From Malacoraja senta (Eukaryota), in the NCBI GenBank assembly GCA_038087875.1, contig CM075989.1, forward strand, positions 17,362,001-17,426,000: a stretch of DNA of 64,000 bases. Direction: 5' to 3'. Position 1 is the first letter of the stretch; every line of letters starts with the position of its first letter. The translations under genes were made by a program, and so were the position numbers. Below the pieces are notes generated by a model that saw nothing but the letters and a program-made list of their open reading frames with translations, searched no databases and had not been told where the DNA came from. This document shows, piece by piece, positions 13,777-27,377 of this stretch.

Positions 13777-16700
13777 CTATAGGAGGAAAAAAACCCTTCA
13801 TTTATTAGAAAAATTAATACATAATTTATCCACCAAAATTGAGACATAATTTATTGCCAAGCTTGACGTTGCTTCCTTCAATGGAACCATTGAAGCCTCA
13901 AAATAGAAAAAGACACAAGCAAAGGGCCTCAACATAGAGAAATGTATAAAAGAAATGAGAAAATAAGTGCACATCAATGATTTCTTCTGTTCTATAGCAC
14001 TGAAATTTTAGTGCCTCCCAAAAGCTATCGAACCTTATGTTTTGTACCCTTCCTGCTTTCTCAATCGGCACATGCCCGGGTGGTTTGGTGTCAATTGTTC
14101 TGTCAATACTGCTGATGAAGCATGATGGGACATCTATAGTTTAGTTTGTTTTAGAGATACAGTGTGGAAACAGGCCCTTCAGCCCATCGAGTCCATGCCG
14201 ACCAGCGATCACCCGTACACTGGTTCCATTCTGCACACTAGGGACAATTTACAGAAGCCAATTAATCTACAAACCTGTACATCTTTGAAGTGTGGAAGAG
14301 AACTGGAGCACCTGTAGAAACCCACGCGTTTACAGGGAGAACGTACAAACTCCGTAGACAGCACCCATAGTCAGGATGGAACCTGGGTCTCTGGCGCTGT
14401 AAGGCAGCAACTTTACCGCTGCAGCATCGTGCCGCCCATAATGTGTTAAAGATGCTTATAAATGAAAATGTTGTTTCTGGCAAACCATTCGCCTCTGACC
14501 TCTCACACAACTGAATTCATCTCTGCAGTTGGTCAGAAGGGAGATAATATTGCCTTTAATGGTGAGATTTAAATGTAAGTGCATCTGGCGAGGGACATTG
14601 GGCTCTGAACTTCCCAGCTTTGACTTAATGCAAGGAGATACAAGGAACTGCAAAATCTGGTTAATACAAATAAGGACACAAAGTGCTGGTTTAACAACAG
14701 ATCAGGCAGGACCTCTGGAGAACATGGATAGATGATGTTTCAGGGCAGCAACCCTCTTCAGACTGATTGTTTGGGTTGGGGGGGGGGGGGAAGAAGAGAG
14801 AAAGTAAGCATGAAGAGAGGGGCAGGACAGCTTGGGCAGCTCACAACTTAACAGTATGAACATTGAATTCTCCAATTTTAGATAACTAACCAGCAAACAC
14901 CCACCCCAATTGGACGCGCCAATTTCTCCCCTCTCCATACATTCCTTCCTCTGGCTTCACAATTCTCATTTCTTTAACCTTATGTCACACCTTTTGTCTT
15001 TTCACCTCTAGTTTTTGTCCAACCATTTTCCTACCCCCCCCATCCTGCATCTACATATCACTCACCAGACTTTGTCCTACCTCCTCCTCTGAGCTTTCTT
15101 CCCCACCCCTACCACAATCAGTCTGAGGAAGTATCCCACGCAAAACAACATCCTATGCATGGTACACAAAAATGATGGAGAAACTCAGCGGGTGCAGCAG
15201 CATCTATGGAGCGAAGGAAATAGGCAACGTTTCGGGCCGAAACCCTTCTTCAGACTGAGGGCATGTTCTCCAGAGTTGCTGCCTGACCCATTGAATTACT
15301 CCAGCACTGTCTTTTTTTGACTGAATGCAATCCTGAGAAATCACAATCAAATCAACATTCCTAGCAACTCACAGGGTTGTGTACAATGACAAAATGTAAC
15401 CTGGTGAAAGATGCACTTTGATCAATCCAAAACTTGTTGCCTCTCAAGGGCTTTGGGAATGTATTGTTTAAGGAGGAAAGATGTATAATATGGACAGCTA
15501 ATAAGATGTAGTCATTTGATAACACGGTGAAGACAATGTCATGGAGCGATTTCATTTATCATATTGAATAAGTATTTTTGAAAGCAATTTTTTTTATAAC
15601 TGTGGGAAGGGACTGCAGATGCTGGTTTACACCGAAGATAGACATAAAAAGCTGGAGTAACTCAGCGGCTCATGTTTGAAATCTTGTGTTTGAAGTCTCA
15701 AATCTCAAACGCTTACTACATATTCAATTACCTATTTAAAAAAATAGTATAATAAGGAAGTCTTTGCATAAAAATAGAATATTCCCAAAATTTTCGGGTT
15801 GCGATCAGCAATATATTTGTAAAGGTGAAAATATTCCGAGTTATCACTGGGATTAGTGCGGAAATGTCATGAAACGGTTAACCAAGTGAGCAAAATAGAA
15901 AAAAAAGTCACAAAGAGTTGGAGTAACTTAGCGGATCAGACAGCATCTCCGGAGAACACAGGTGGATACACACTCATGTTCTCCGGGTATGCTGCCTGAC
16001 ACGCTGAGTTACCCGAACACTTTTTAAATTGTAAACTAGCATCTGCAGTTCCTTATTTCTATATTCTGTTCGGGCGAATTTGGGAGAAGCAGAAAGCTGG
16101 AATAACTTTGAACACTTAATTGTCCTTCTAAGAAAGTTTCCGGGCAGGTCTACTATTAAAACAGACGCTCTGCCATTTAAAACTATATGTTCGCAGCCAG
16201 AACGTTGAAAGAGACCGACACAAATGCACAGCCGCCTCTGAAAACATCTGTTCATCGGTAGGAGAGTATCTACTCATAAAATCTCAAGCCGCAGCAGTAA
16301 CGCGGCCGGCGGGTATGTTTTTGTATATCGTATTCCGAATACATTCCCAGCAGCGGGCTCAGTTCCTTTGCTACAACCTCGGGGCAGGCAGGTGAAAGGG
16401 GGAAGTGGGAGGCTGGAGTGCACAGAGCCGACTCAGAGCTCACAGCCTCTGCAGCCTTGAGATTAATCTCTCAAACCTCTTGTGCATTCTTCAAAACAAT
16501 TGGAATTAAACAATCTGAGACAAAAAGGGTAGCTCATCGAAACGGTAGTTTTCTCTTTGCGTCAATGTTACTCGACTGACTGAGTTCTCCCAGCATTTGT
16601 TGGTGTTACAGATCCCGACATCTGCATTTTTATTTGATTTCCGGAATTAAACAATCAATGGACTCCCAAATAATTTGGTGCATTTCATAGTCAGGCGTCC

Positions 16701-17445
16701 TGCGTCGAGAAAAGTCGCCGAAACTTTTCCCGTTAGAAGTGAAACAAGTGGCTCCAAGTTTATCGATTCTTTGCAACACTCTCTGCCCCCCGATTAGTTC
16801 CCCTCCCAGGAGTCAATCGCGTTCTATCTTTAACAAGAGACCCTAACATATTTAGACACAAGGAACTGCAGATGCTGACATTTTGGGCAACAAGACAAAG
16901 TGCTGGAGTAACTCCGCGGGCCAGGCAACATTCCCGGAGAACATGGATCGGTGAAGTTTCGGGTCTAGATCTGTATGGAGGAGGATCCCGATCAGAAATG
17001 TCGCCTATCCATGTACTCCACTGATGCTGTCTGCCCCGCTCGGTTAGTCCGACACTTCGTGTTATTTTTTGTTCTATGTATTGCTCCCTCTTCTTATGAA
17101 AACTCTGGCTCTATGGGCAAAGCACAGAGTGCTGGAGTAACTTAGCTGGTCGGGCAGCATCTGTGGAGGGAATGGACATTAAAGATTTCGGGTCGGGACC
17201 CTTCTAGAGTCATAGACTCTATTCTCTTCTACAGACTACACAGCTCGTACCACTCCTACTCTCTGCACTCTCCAGCTTTAGCCAAGGGTCCTACACGCTA
17301 GCGAGGGTAAGTGTGGTTTTACAGAGAGAACACTCTGCCTTGCCACCACCTCATCCTCAACTGCATAAACCCTGGCCAGGAGCTGACAGAATCGCTGTGG
17401 GCCGAACGGTCTGGGGTCAGAAGAGGTGAAGGAGTTATTTATTAC

Positions 17446-17708
17446 CAGTCCGTTGCAGGTGCTGAGCGCGGCGAAGGAGCGGCGGTGCCGAAGGACGTGG
17501 CCGCTGTAGAAGCAGTGATGCTCGGCTCGCAGGGGGGCCGTGCCTCTGCCCCGCTCCTCCACGGTGAATGCCGGCGCCAGGAAGCGCAGCCCCCGCCTCA
17601 AGGACAGCACCAGCTCGGTGCCCCAGGCCGGCAGCGGCAGCGCCACCTGGAGCTGTTCTCCCGGCGGACCCGCGCCCAGCCTCCGCGGTACGGTCAGCTC
17701 AGCGGCCG
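17446..17708 (-). CDS. ADAMTS17: ADAMTS17 coding exon 2 (prodomain)
   Basis: Acceptor ttctgtccAG, donor GTAATA; 263 nt; LPAWGTELVLSLRRGLRFLAPAFTVEE...CFYSGHVL...AALSTCNGL matches the ADAMTS Pep_M12B propeptide (human ADAMTS17 [27 protein letters not shown]...CFYSGRVL). Confidence 0.93.
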
Positions 17709-17819
17709 CTGGACAGAAGGGGGAAAGGAGCAGATTACTGAGAGGGAGCAGGAGGGGGGACGGGAGGGACCGGGAGAGGTAGCGGACTGCTGGGAGGGAG
17801 GGAGAGGGTGGACGGGACG

Positions 17820-17912
17820 GGGGAGAGTCGGTGCGGGGAGAGTCGGTGCGGGGAGACAGGGGGAGTCGGTGCGGGGAGAGTCGGTGCGGGGAGAAAGGGG
17901 GAGTCGGTGCGG
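17820..17912. repeat. Short tandem repeat (GAGAGTCGGTGCGGG) in ADAMTS17 intron 1
   Basis: Five copies of gagtcggtgcgg. Confidence 0.85.
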
Positions 17913-17931
17913 CGGGGGCCGGGAGCGGTAC

Positions 17932-17995
17932 CTGGGCCCGGGAATTGCAGCAGGCAGACGGCCAGCGCCAGGTGCAGCAGCGAGGGGACACCCAT
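17932..17995 (-). CDS. ADAMTS17: ADAMTS17 coding exon 1 (signal peptide)
   Basis: ATG at 17995 in accATGG context; translates MGVPSLLHLALAVCLLQFPGP (hydrophobic signal peptide); donor G|GTACCG; 64 nt, phase 1, matching the next exon; inside a CpG island. Confidence 0.85.
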
Positions 17996-18069
17996 GGTCC
18001 TGCCGCCGACAATGGAGACACGGAGACAACGCTCCCGGCGGAGAGTCTCAACTCCCAGCGCCGCCGCGC

Positions 18070-18460
18070 CGCCCCCCTCCATCGACCCGCCCCACCACCA
18101 CGCCCCCCCTCTATTGCCCCGCCCCCAACACCACGCTCCTCCATTGCCCCGCCCCCTCCATTGCCCCGCCCCATCAACACGCCCCCCTCCATTGCCCCGC
18201 CCCTCCATTGACCCGCCCCATCACCACACCCCCCTCTATTGCCCCGCCCCTCTATTGCCCCGCCCCATTACCACGCCCCCTCGAATGCCCCGCCCCCTCC
18301 ATTGCCCCGCCCTATCACCACGCCCCCTCCATTGCCCCGCCCCTCCATTGACCCGCCCCATCACCACGCCCCCCTCCATTGCCCCGCCCCTCCATTGCCC
18401 CGCCCCTCCATTGCTCCGCCCCTCCATTGCCCCGCCCCCATCACCTCGCCCCGCCCCCAG
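18070..18460. repeat. C-rich minisatellite (CCATTGCCCCGCCCCT-like units) upstream of ADAMTS17
   Basis: Many imperfect copies of ccattgccccgcccc, interleaved with catcaccacgcccc. Confidence 0.9.
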
Positions 18461-18461
18461 T

Positions 18462-19905
18462 TCTGAACAGAAAGAGCAGTTAGAAATTGGTAGGTATGAA
18501 GTTGTGGGCATTATGGAGGCATGGCGGGGAGTTGATCTGAGCTGGGTGCTGAATATCCAAGGTTACACGCCCTATCGAAAAGACAGACAGGTGGGCAGAG
18601 GAGGTGGGGTTGCTCTTTTTTAAAATTTCAAAATAGACTTTATTCAGGTAATAAATATATACAATACAAGAACCGTGCAAAAAATTCATCCGACATTTTC
18701 GGAGACTATACAAATTATTCAATACAGTCTACATGCATTGCTCAAATTTCACAAATGTATTCTCCACCCTTGCCACTCATGTGCCCTACTGGCGTGGGAT
18801 CCCTTCCCTTCCCCCCATGTCCAGCAGCGGAAGGACTCTTCTGCTAAAGGATGAGATTCAGTCCTTCGCAAGGGGTGGCATAGGATCAGAGGATATAGAA
18901 TGGGTGGGTAGAGCTGAGACGCTTGTGAGTAAAGCTGAGAAACTGCAAGGGTAAAACGATCCTGGTGGGAGTTATTTACAGGCCCCCAAACAATAGCCAG
19001 GATATAGGGTATAAGTTACATCAGGAGATACAATCATCATGTTAGAAAGATAATGCTACTGTGGTTATGGGGGATTTCAATATGCAGGTAGACTGGACAA
19101 AATCAGATTGGTACTGGACCCTAAGAGAGGGAATTTGTAGAGTGTCTACATGATGGTTTCTCAGAACAGCTTGTAGTTGAGCCTGCCAGGGAAAAGGCAG
19201 GCTCAAAAGGCAAAATAGGCAATTCTGGATTTGGTATTGTGTAATGAATCGTATTTGATTAGGGAGCTTAAGGTAAAGGAACCACTCAGAGGAGGTGACC
19301 ATAACATTCAACCTGCAATTTGAGAGGGAGAAGATAAAATCGGATATGTCTGTATTTCTGTTGAGCAAAGGTGACTACAGAGGCATGAGGCAGGAGCTGG
19401 TTAAAGTTGATTGGAAAGGGACCCGAGCAGGGATAACAGTGGAACAGCAACGGCAGGAATTTCTGGGAACAATTTGGAAGATGCTGGATCTTTTCATTCC
19501 AAAGAGGAAGAAATATTCTAATGGGAGAATGAGGTGACCGTGGTTGACAAAGGAAGTCAATGATAGCATAAAACTAAAAGAGAAGGCATATAACATTGCA
19601 AAAAGGATTGGGAAACTTTAAAAAAGAAGCAACAGAAAGTGACTAAAAAACAAATACGGGGAGAAAACATGAAATATGAAAGTAAACTTGCCAATAATAT
19701 AAGAGAGGATTACAAAAGTTTCTTCAGATACTGTATATAAAAAGTAAGAAAGAGGCAAGAGTGGACGTTGGACTGCTGGAAAATGATGCTGGAGAAGTAA
19801 TAATGAGGAATAAAGACATGCCAGATGAATTGTATTGCATCAGTCTTCACAGTGGAAGACACCAGCAACGTGCTGGAAATTCAAGAGAGTCAGGGGGTGG
19901 TAATT
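18462..19905 (+). mobile_element. CR1 LINE ORF2 5' part (APE endonuclease), degraded and interrupted
   Basis: YEVVGIMEAW...LNIQGYTPYRKDRQVGRGGGVAL, later VMGDFN and ILDLVLCN; interrupted at about 18618-18835. Confidence 0.88.
18618..18835 (-). mobile_element. Poly(A)-tailed retroelement 3' end inserted in the CR1
   Basis: On minus strand: AATAAA followed by an A-tail; CTCTT on both sides; CR1 frame GGGVAL resumes as LLKDEI. Confidence 0.65.
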
Positions 19906-20214
19906 AGTGATTTTCCGTGACCTAGCTGAGGTCACGAGTATTCGGGAACTTCCCTCGAGCATGAAGGAGAGTTCCAGCAACCTCATAGGACCTCCTACGA
20001 CAACGTGTCAACCATGCTACGAGTTTGAAGGTAAAAGATACTCTTCTAAACTCGCAGATTTGATCGCCCAAGTGGGACAGGCCCTTTAATTGGCTTTGTT
20101 AAAGTTGTAAATTGTCCCAAGTGTGTAGGATGGTGCTAGTGTACGGGGTGATCGCTGGTTGGTGTGGACTCTGTTGGCCGAAAGGCTATTCTGTGCTGTA
20201 TTTCTAAAAGTCTG

Positions 20215-20565
20215 GAGGGCGGCAGCTTCGGCAGCTTCGACCACCCCGGGCCGCGGAGTTTGAGCCGGCCCGTCGCGGAGCACGGATTCGGCCGCGGGAC
20301 TGGCTTACCGTCGCCCGGCGGGGTCACAGCATCAGAAGCCTGGATCGCCTCAGCGCAGAGGGAGAACAAAGCGGGAAGAGACAGAGACTTTAAGACTTTT
20401 GCCTCCATCACAGTGAGGAGGTGCCTGGTGAACTCACTGTGGTGGATGTTAATTTGTGTTTATTGTGTGTTTTGTCATTTATTATTATATGTATGACTGC
20501 AGGCAACGAAATTTCGTTCAGACCGAAAGGTCTGAATGACAAATAAAGGAATCTCTAATCTCTCT
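20215..20565 (+). mobile_element. Non-autonomous retroelement with a Rex-like 3' end
   Basis: GC-rich body, 3' stem-loop TTCAGACCGAAAGGTCTGAA and tgacaaataaa tail; a second copy on the minus strand at about 8620-8840. Confidence 0.7.
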
Positions 20566-20759
20566 AAAGCTCGAGCAAAAAGAAAAATGCCCTCAACCTG
20601 AATGTGGTAAAAGAAAAAGCTTTAACAAAGCTATGGATGTGCCTATCCATGTTGGTTTCCAATTATTTGCGTGGAATCCAGTTGCGTTGTTTGTTTGTGT
20701 TTCATTTTGGTCTGCCAACACTTCAGCGGTGGTAAAAAAAGACCCAGCAGCGATTGCAC

Positions 20760-21130
20760 TTCCTGAGAGTGCTAAGGAAGAACAGTCTAGAGGAGAAGCT
20801 GCTGGTGACCTTCTACCGTTCCACCATCGAGAGTGTGCTGGCATATTGTATCACGGTGTGGTATGCCGGCTGCTCAGCAGCAGACAGGAGAGCCCTGCAG
20901 AGAGTGATCAAAACTGCCTAGAAAATCATCGGCTGCCCTCTGGCTTCCCTGGAAGACATCTCCAGCTCTCGGTGCCTCTGTAGAGCCAGGAAAATATTCA
21001 AAGACCCCTCCCATCCTGGATAGTTCCTGTTCAAACTCCTGCCCTCTGGTAGGCGGTACAGGTGTGTCAACTGCCAGACAAACAGACTCAAGAACAGGTT
21101 CTTTCCCTGGGCCATTAGAACTAAATTCCT
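20760..21130 (+). mobile_element. Rex1/Babar LINE RT C-terminal fragment
   Basis: FYRSTIESVLAYCITVWYAGCSAADRRALQRVIKTA...DPSHPG..FKLLPSGRRYR...TNRLKNRFFPWAIR. Confidence 0.85.
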
Positions 21131-23037
21131 CAAATATCCACACGACATGAGAGATGCTGTCATCCATTCCACTATGAAACAGACCACTCAGCTAATATTT
21201 CTTCTTTTTTAAATTATTTTAAAGTATTTATTGCATTTTTGTGTCTATCTTTAGTTAAGGTTCAATGTTGCTTATGCAAGGTCATCACTCTTGTCATTAT
21301 CCCTTGGCCAAGACGACAAGTGCACTCCACAGTTGAAATTAATTGGAAAACCAATTGCTGAATTGTTTTATCCTTGCCAGGAAGCAGAGGCCAATAAACC
21401 TACAAGCCCCCACGTCTTTGGCATGTGGGAGGAAACCAAAGCACCCGGAGGGAACCCACGCAGTCACAAGGAGAACGTGCAAACTCCACACAGACAGCAC
21501 CCGAAGTCAGGATCGAACCAGGTTCTTTGGCGCTGTGAGTCAGCAGCTCTACCAGCTCCAACACTGCTTTGCAATGTTATGAAAAGTGCTATATAGGTGC
21601 AAGTCTTTCTTTCCTCTGCATCCAAATGTTAAATAGCAGTGGTCGTGACTTTTCACTCTACTGCCAGTTGCCAACTGTCGACATAATATGTTCAAGAGTG
21701 CACGTTCACATTGAAAAGCCTGAGGGACGTCATGCACTTTGCACTGTGCAATTTACTAAAGATGTCTTGATTGTACTGGCGGAGAATCATACAGTGTGGA
21801 GTGGTGCCAAGTGTGGCCGGTGTGTACCAATCACGTCCTTGTGTCAACCACATGCCAACTTGGCAAGAGGTCACTTCGGCTTGTTTCAATGAAAGGTCTT
21901 CCACCCTGGTCCTTTCACCAAAGCATATGGTGGATCATCAGTTATCAATGTGTAGCTTCAACGTGAGCACGCTATAAATCTTCCAGCAGAATGAGACTGG
22001 GAACTCTAAAGCTGAGCTTTGTGCTTCAGGGAGTTCAATAATGTAGCTTTTTGCACTCTGAGGCTTAATGCCGTGAAAGCTCAATGAGAACTTGGCTGTA
22101 GGTGGTGAGTACTTTTATATTCGTGCTTCCAAAATACAGGACAACGAAGTATTGTTCTGAGAAAAGGGATTTTTTTTTCTCTCTCTTCGCTAAGTAACAG
22201 CTTCAAGTGCAGTATGGAACAACAGCCGACATCAGCTCTCATTAGAATGTTTTGTAAAGAAAGCTGTTTGTGTGCCAAGAATCTAATTTTCTGCACGAGT
22301 TAAACTTCCCTTTTCCCCACATGAACCTGGCTTTCTTCCCTGTGTGCTTTGTGTGCCATGGAACCTTGGAGCTGCCTGCTAAACGGAGAAAGAAAGACCA
22401 ATGCATTTGTATAGCACATTCCACAATGGCAGAACAGCCCAGGTCATGAGGCAACTCATTGCTATCAGCCGTCTCGGTTCCCCTGTCATGAACTCCTCCA
22501 TTGATCTGACCTTTAATGCCTTTGGTTGAGGAGTAATGGGGTACAAAGTTGAGGGGATCCCTCCCTCTTCCCCCTTAGTTCCAATCTATTTGTTTTTTCA
22601 TCCTGAGAGGGGCTCCAGTTTACTGGTCTGGGTCCTGGGATAATGAAAGGAGTGATGACCTTGCATAAGCAACATTGAACCTTTACTATAGATAGACACA
22701 AAAAGCTGGAGTAACTCAGCGGGACTCCATCTGAGAGAAGGAAAGGGTGACGTTTCGGTTCGAGACCCTTCTTCAGACCCGAAACTTCACCCATTCCTTC
22801 TCTCCAGAGATGCTGCCGGTCCCGTTGAGTTACACCAGCTTTTTGTGTCTTTCATCAGTTTAAACCAGCATCTGCAGTTCCTTCCTACACATTGAATCTT
22901 TACTATCCTTCTTCGTGGGCCTTGGTTTAACTCTCATCTGAAACTACTCTTTAACTACCACATTGGGGTATAAGCCTGGATATGTGGAGTGGGAACTTAC
23001 AACCATCAAGCAATGTTACCATTTGCCTTGGCTGAAC

Positions 23038-24483
23038 TAATGTTATCCCACTTTTTAAGAAAGGCTGGAGAGAGAAAATAGGGAATTATAGACCAGTTAA
23101 CCTGACATCGGTGGTGGGGAAGATGCTGGAGTCGTTTATAAAAGATGAGATAGCCGAACATTTGGATAGCAGTAACAGGATTGGTCCGAGTCAGCATGGA
23201 TTTACGAAGGGGAAATTATGCTTGACTAATCTTCTGGAATTTTTTGAAGATGTAACTAGGAAAATGGACAAGGGAGAGCCAGTGGATGTAGTGTACCTGG
23301 ACTTTCAGAAATCATTTGATAAGGTCCCACATAGGATATTAGTGGGCAAAATTAGGGCACATGGTATTGGGGGTAGAGTGCTGATATGGATAGAGAAGTG
23401 GTTGGCAGACAGGAAACAAAGAGTAGGGATTAACGTGTCCCTTTCAGAATGGCAGGCAGTGACTAGTGGGTTACCGCAAGGATCGGTGCTGGGACCCCAG
23501 CTATTTACAATATACATCAATGATTTGGATGAAGGGATTCAAAGTAACATTAGCAAATTTGCAGATGACACAAAGTTGGGTGGCAGTATGAACTATGAGG
23601 AGGATGCTATGAGAATGCAGGGTGACTTGGACAGGTTGGGGGAGTGGGAAGATGCATGGCAGATGAAGTTTAATGCGGATAAATGTGAGGTTATCCACTT
23701 TGATAGCAAAAACAGGAAGGCAGATTACTATCTAAATGGCGTCAAGTTGGGAAAAGGGGAAGTACAACTTGTTCATCAGTCTAAGAAAGTAAGCATGCAG
23801 GTACAGCAGGCAGTGAAGAAAACGAATGGTATGTTGGCCTTTAAACAAGAGGAATCAAATATAGGAGCAAAGAGGTCCTTCTGCAGTTGTACAGGGCCCT
23901 ACCTAGTGAGACCACACCTGGAGTATTGTGTGCAGTTTTGGTCCCCTAATTTGAGGAAGGACATTCTTGCTATTGAGAGAGTGCAGCGTAGGTTTACAAG
24001 GTTAATTCCCGGGATGGTGGGACTGTCATATGCTGAGAGAATGGAGCAGCTGGGTTTATACACTCTGTAGTTTAGAAGAATGAGAGGGGATCTCATTGAA
24101 ACATATAAGATTGTTAAGGGTTTGGACACGCTAGAGGCAGGAAACATGTTCCCGATGTTGGGGGAGTCCAGAACCAGGGGCTACAGTTTAAGAATAAGGG
24201 GTAAGCCATTTAGAACGGAGATGAGGAAACACTTTTTCTCACAGAGAATGGCGAGTCTGTGGAATTCTCTGCCTCAGAGGGCGGTGGAGGCAGGTTCTCT
24301 GGATACTTTCAAGAGAGAGCTAGATAGGGCTCTTAAAAATAGCAGTCAGGGGATATGGGGAGAAGGCAGGAACAGGGTACTGATTGGGGATGATCAGCCA
24401 TGATCACATTGAATGGCGGTGCTGGCTCGAAGGGCCGAATGGCCTACTCCTGCACCTATTGTCTATTGTCTATTGTCTATTGT
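23038..24483 (+). mobile_element. CR1 LINE, 5'-truncated, RT domain to 3' tail
   Basis: QHGFTKG...YLDFQKSFDKVPH...GLPQGSVLGP...KFADDTKL...RPHLEYCVQFWSP; (CTATTGT)n tail. Confidence 0.96.
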
Positions 24484-25443
24484 AATGGAACTTATTTTGA
24501 ATTACCTGGCGTGCCAATCAGTTTTAAGTGAGGTGAAAGATGCCAAAGGAAATGAAATCCATTGTTTGGGAAAAGGACTATGTGAGCGGAAACAATTTGA
24601 GAATTAAATTATGACGGGATGAAGGATCAGGAGAATGATTGTAAATGAAAAGAATCAGGGGCTTTGTGTATTCTCTGAATAAAAGCTTAAGGAATCCACC
24701 TCCACCAGTTAAGGTAGACACAAAAAGCTGGAGTAGCTCAGCAGGTCGACCCGAAATGTCACAGCACGGAAACAGGCCCTTTGGCCCACCACGTCCACAC
24801 CGACGAACAATCCACTGACCACCACACTAACACTATCCTACACTGGAGGCAATTTTTACATTTTTACAGTTACACCAAACCAATTAACCTACAAACCTGT
24901 ACGTCTTTGGAGGAAACCGAAGATCTCGGAGAAAACCCACGCGGTCATGTGGAGAACGTACAAACTCCGTACAGACAAGCACTCATAGCCGGGATCAAAC
25001 CCGGGACTCTGGCGCTGTAAGACTATTGTCAGCAAAGAGACTATACATGCTTACTCCATCATGACTCTCTGCTGTAACTGGTTGAAGTATTGTTTGGTTT
25101 GGAGGCTGTGCTTGGTTGTTTAAATGATGGATGGGAAGATGCTGGTTTTCAAGGGCCCTGTATCTGAAGAACTGCTTCGGAAACATAGGAAACCAGCTGC
25201 GAAATTGATGAATAACTTTGGTTCATGACATATGTCATAAGTCAAGAGTCAAGAGAGTCAAGAGTGTTTTATTGTCATATGTCCCAGATAGAACAATGAA
25301 ATTGTTACTTGCAGCAGCACAACAGAATATGTCAAGAGTGTCAAGAGTATTTATTATCATATGTCCCAGATAGTACAATGAATGTGTCTCGTATGTAAAC
25401 GTAGTACACTGTAAACAATATAAAAAAGAAGAAAACAAGTTCA

Positions 25444-25506
25444 GTATATATATACACATATATATACGCACATATATATATATATATACACACACACACA
25501 TACACA
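25444..25506. repeat. (TA)n/(CA)n microsatellite
   Basis: Directly visible. Confidence 0.85.
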
Positions 25507-25961
25507 TAAAACAAACAAACAATAATAATAGAGCAAAAAAGATAAACCAATGCCCCAAGTCTGTGTAGTTCAGAGCTTATTTGGAGGTTGTGGTGTTGAA
25601 TAACGTGATGGTTTTATGGAAGCTGTTACTGAACCTGTAGTGGTTCACTGCTAGTTGTTCCAGGAGCAGAGGAGGAATTGGGCAGGACTGCCACGTCTAA
25701 GCATCGTAAATAGTTTACAATGAGGCAGGTGCCTCAGCCTCTCCCCATATGGATCACATGGGGCACCTCACAAGGTTCAGTAATCGCTTAAAATCCAGCA
25801 GGTAATCCGAGAGGGATACAGCACAGAAGCAAGCCCCTCAGTCACCAAACAACCAACCACCCATTGACACCAAACCTATATTAATTCCACTTCATACTCT
25901 CTCCAAAATCTCATAAACTCCCCAGGTTTGGTGAGAGGTGGAAACTGGGCGAGTTGATGCA

Positions 25962-26365
25962 AGTCAAGTCAAGTCAAGTGAGTTTATTGTCATGTGTCCC
26001 TGATAGGACAATGAAATTCTTGCTTTGCTTCAGCACACAGAACATAGTAGGCATTTACTACAAAACAGATCAGTGTGTCCATATACCATAATATAAATAT
26101 ATACACACATGAATAAATAGACTGATAAAGTGCAGATAACAGATAATGGGTTATTAATAATCAGAGTTTTGTCCGAGCCAGGTTTAATAGCCTGATGGCT
26201 GTGGGGAAGTAGCTATTCCTGAACCTGGTTGTTGCAGTCTTCAGGCTCCTGTACCTTCTACCTGAAGGTAGCAGGGAGATGAGTGTGTGGCCAGGATGGT
26301 GTGGGTCTTTGATGATACTGCCAGCCTTTTTGAGGCAGCGACTGCGATAAATCCCCTCGATGGAA
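25962..26365 (-). mobile_element. Rex1/Babar LINE 3' end
   Basis: Minus strand DPHHPGHTLISLLPSGRRYRSLKTATTRFRNSYFPTAIRLLN and (GACTT)n tail; related pieces at about 25235-25640 and 60470-60865. Confidence 0.85.
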
Positions 26366-27377
26366 GGTGTGGGGGGAATAACAACTGGGGGAATCTACAG
26401 TGGCCAATTAGCCTCATAACCTGCATGTGTTTGGAAAACGGAGCACCCGGAGAAAATCCACACGGTCACTGGGAATGTGCAAACTCCACACGGAGAGCAG
26501 CTGAGGTCAGGCCAAACCCTGGTCTCTGGCGCTGTGAGGCAATGACTCTACTAGCTGCATGAGAATCCGTGTTCTTAATTGCCTAAAAACTACATTGTAG
26601 TTAGAGACAATTTAGATCCAGTTGGTCCATGGTTTTCACCCACTGAGTGATGACCCTATGGGACAAAAACAAGTTTAAAATCCTATTTTATTTCAAGAGA
26701 AATGATTAAGGGAGATGATGTAAGCAATAAATTAGTCTCTGATGGAAGTGTGAAAGAAGTGATAGGGTATTAGCTGGCCAGAGTAATCAATGAACCACAT
26801 AGTTAGTCAGGCGTGAAGTGACAGCTAATTTGTTATTGCCTACTTTGAGCTGTTGCCAACGACCTATTTCACTCACTATGTGTTTATATATTTTATATAT
26901 TTGGTTAGATTCAGTCGACATACTTATTTTGTGCTCACCGCTTCACATTCCAATAATAAACCAAGACCACATGTTCTGGACAGCTTTTTATTACCATAAA
27001 TGTTTGTGTAGCTTTGGATGCAGATACCACAGCGCGGAGCGAGAAAGAGGAGGTTCCCCAGAGCTGGTGGCAGGACCAAGGGCTAAAACATTTGAATAAT
27101 AAATGTTGATTCAGGAGAATGTCTAAAACAATATTCACCACTGGTCTGCAACACAACAAACTGATTGTCTTGGAGGTCTTCATTGCAACAATGGGATATG
27201 ATACCATCATCTACAAGGTTTGAGTGGTAAGGAAGGAATGGGGAACTCAGTCTTATTGGTATTCCATGTCCTGTGCCTGTGTTTAGTTTATTTTAGCATC
27301 GTCAGCCCAAAGGACAAGGCAGTGGGTGTGCCTTCTTCTTCTGAAGAAGAGAACAAGAGAAGAGAGCAAAAACAAGG

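Larger units (their letters stand above)
17440..18460. promoter_or_regulatory. CpG island covering ADAMTS17 promoter, exon 1 and exon 2
   Basis: Very high GC and CpG density against an AT-rich background. Confidence 0.8.

Noticed and set aside
5613..17995. ADAMTS13 or ADAMTS19 as the identity of the protease
   Set aside because: [31 protein letters not shown] is characteristic of ADAMTS17.
17311..18623. Long plus-strand ORFs (346 aa, 271 aa) and extended minus ORFs around ADAMTS17 exons 1-2
   Set aside because: Stop-poor GC-rich CpG island and minisatellite. Only the spliced minus-strand ADAMTS17 frame and the CR1 piece at the end of the 271-aa ORF have recognisable homology.
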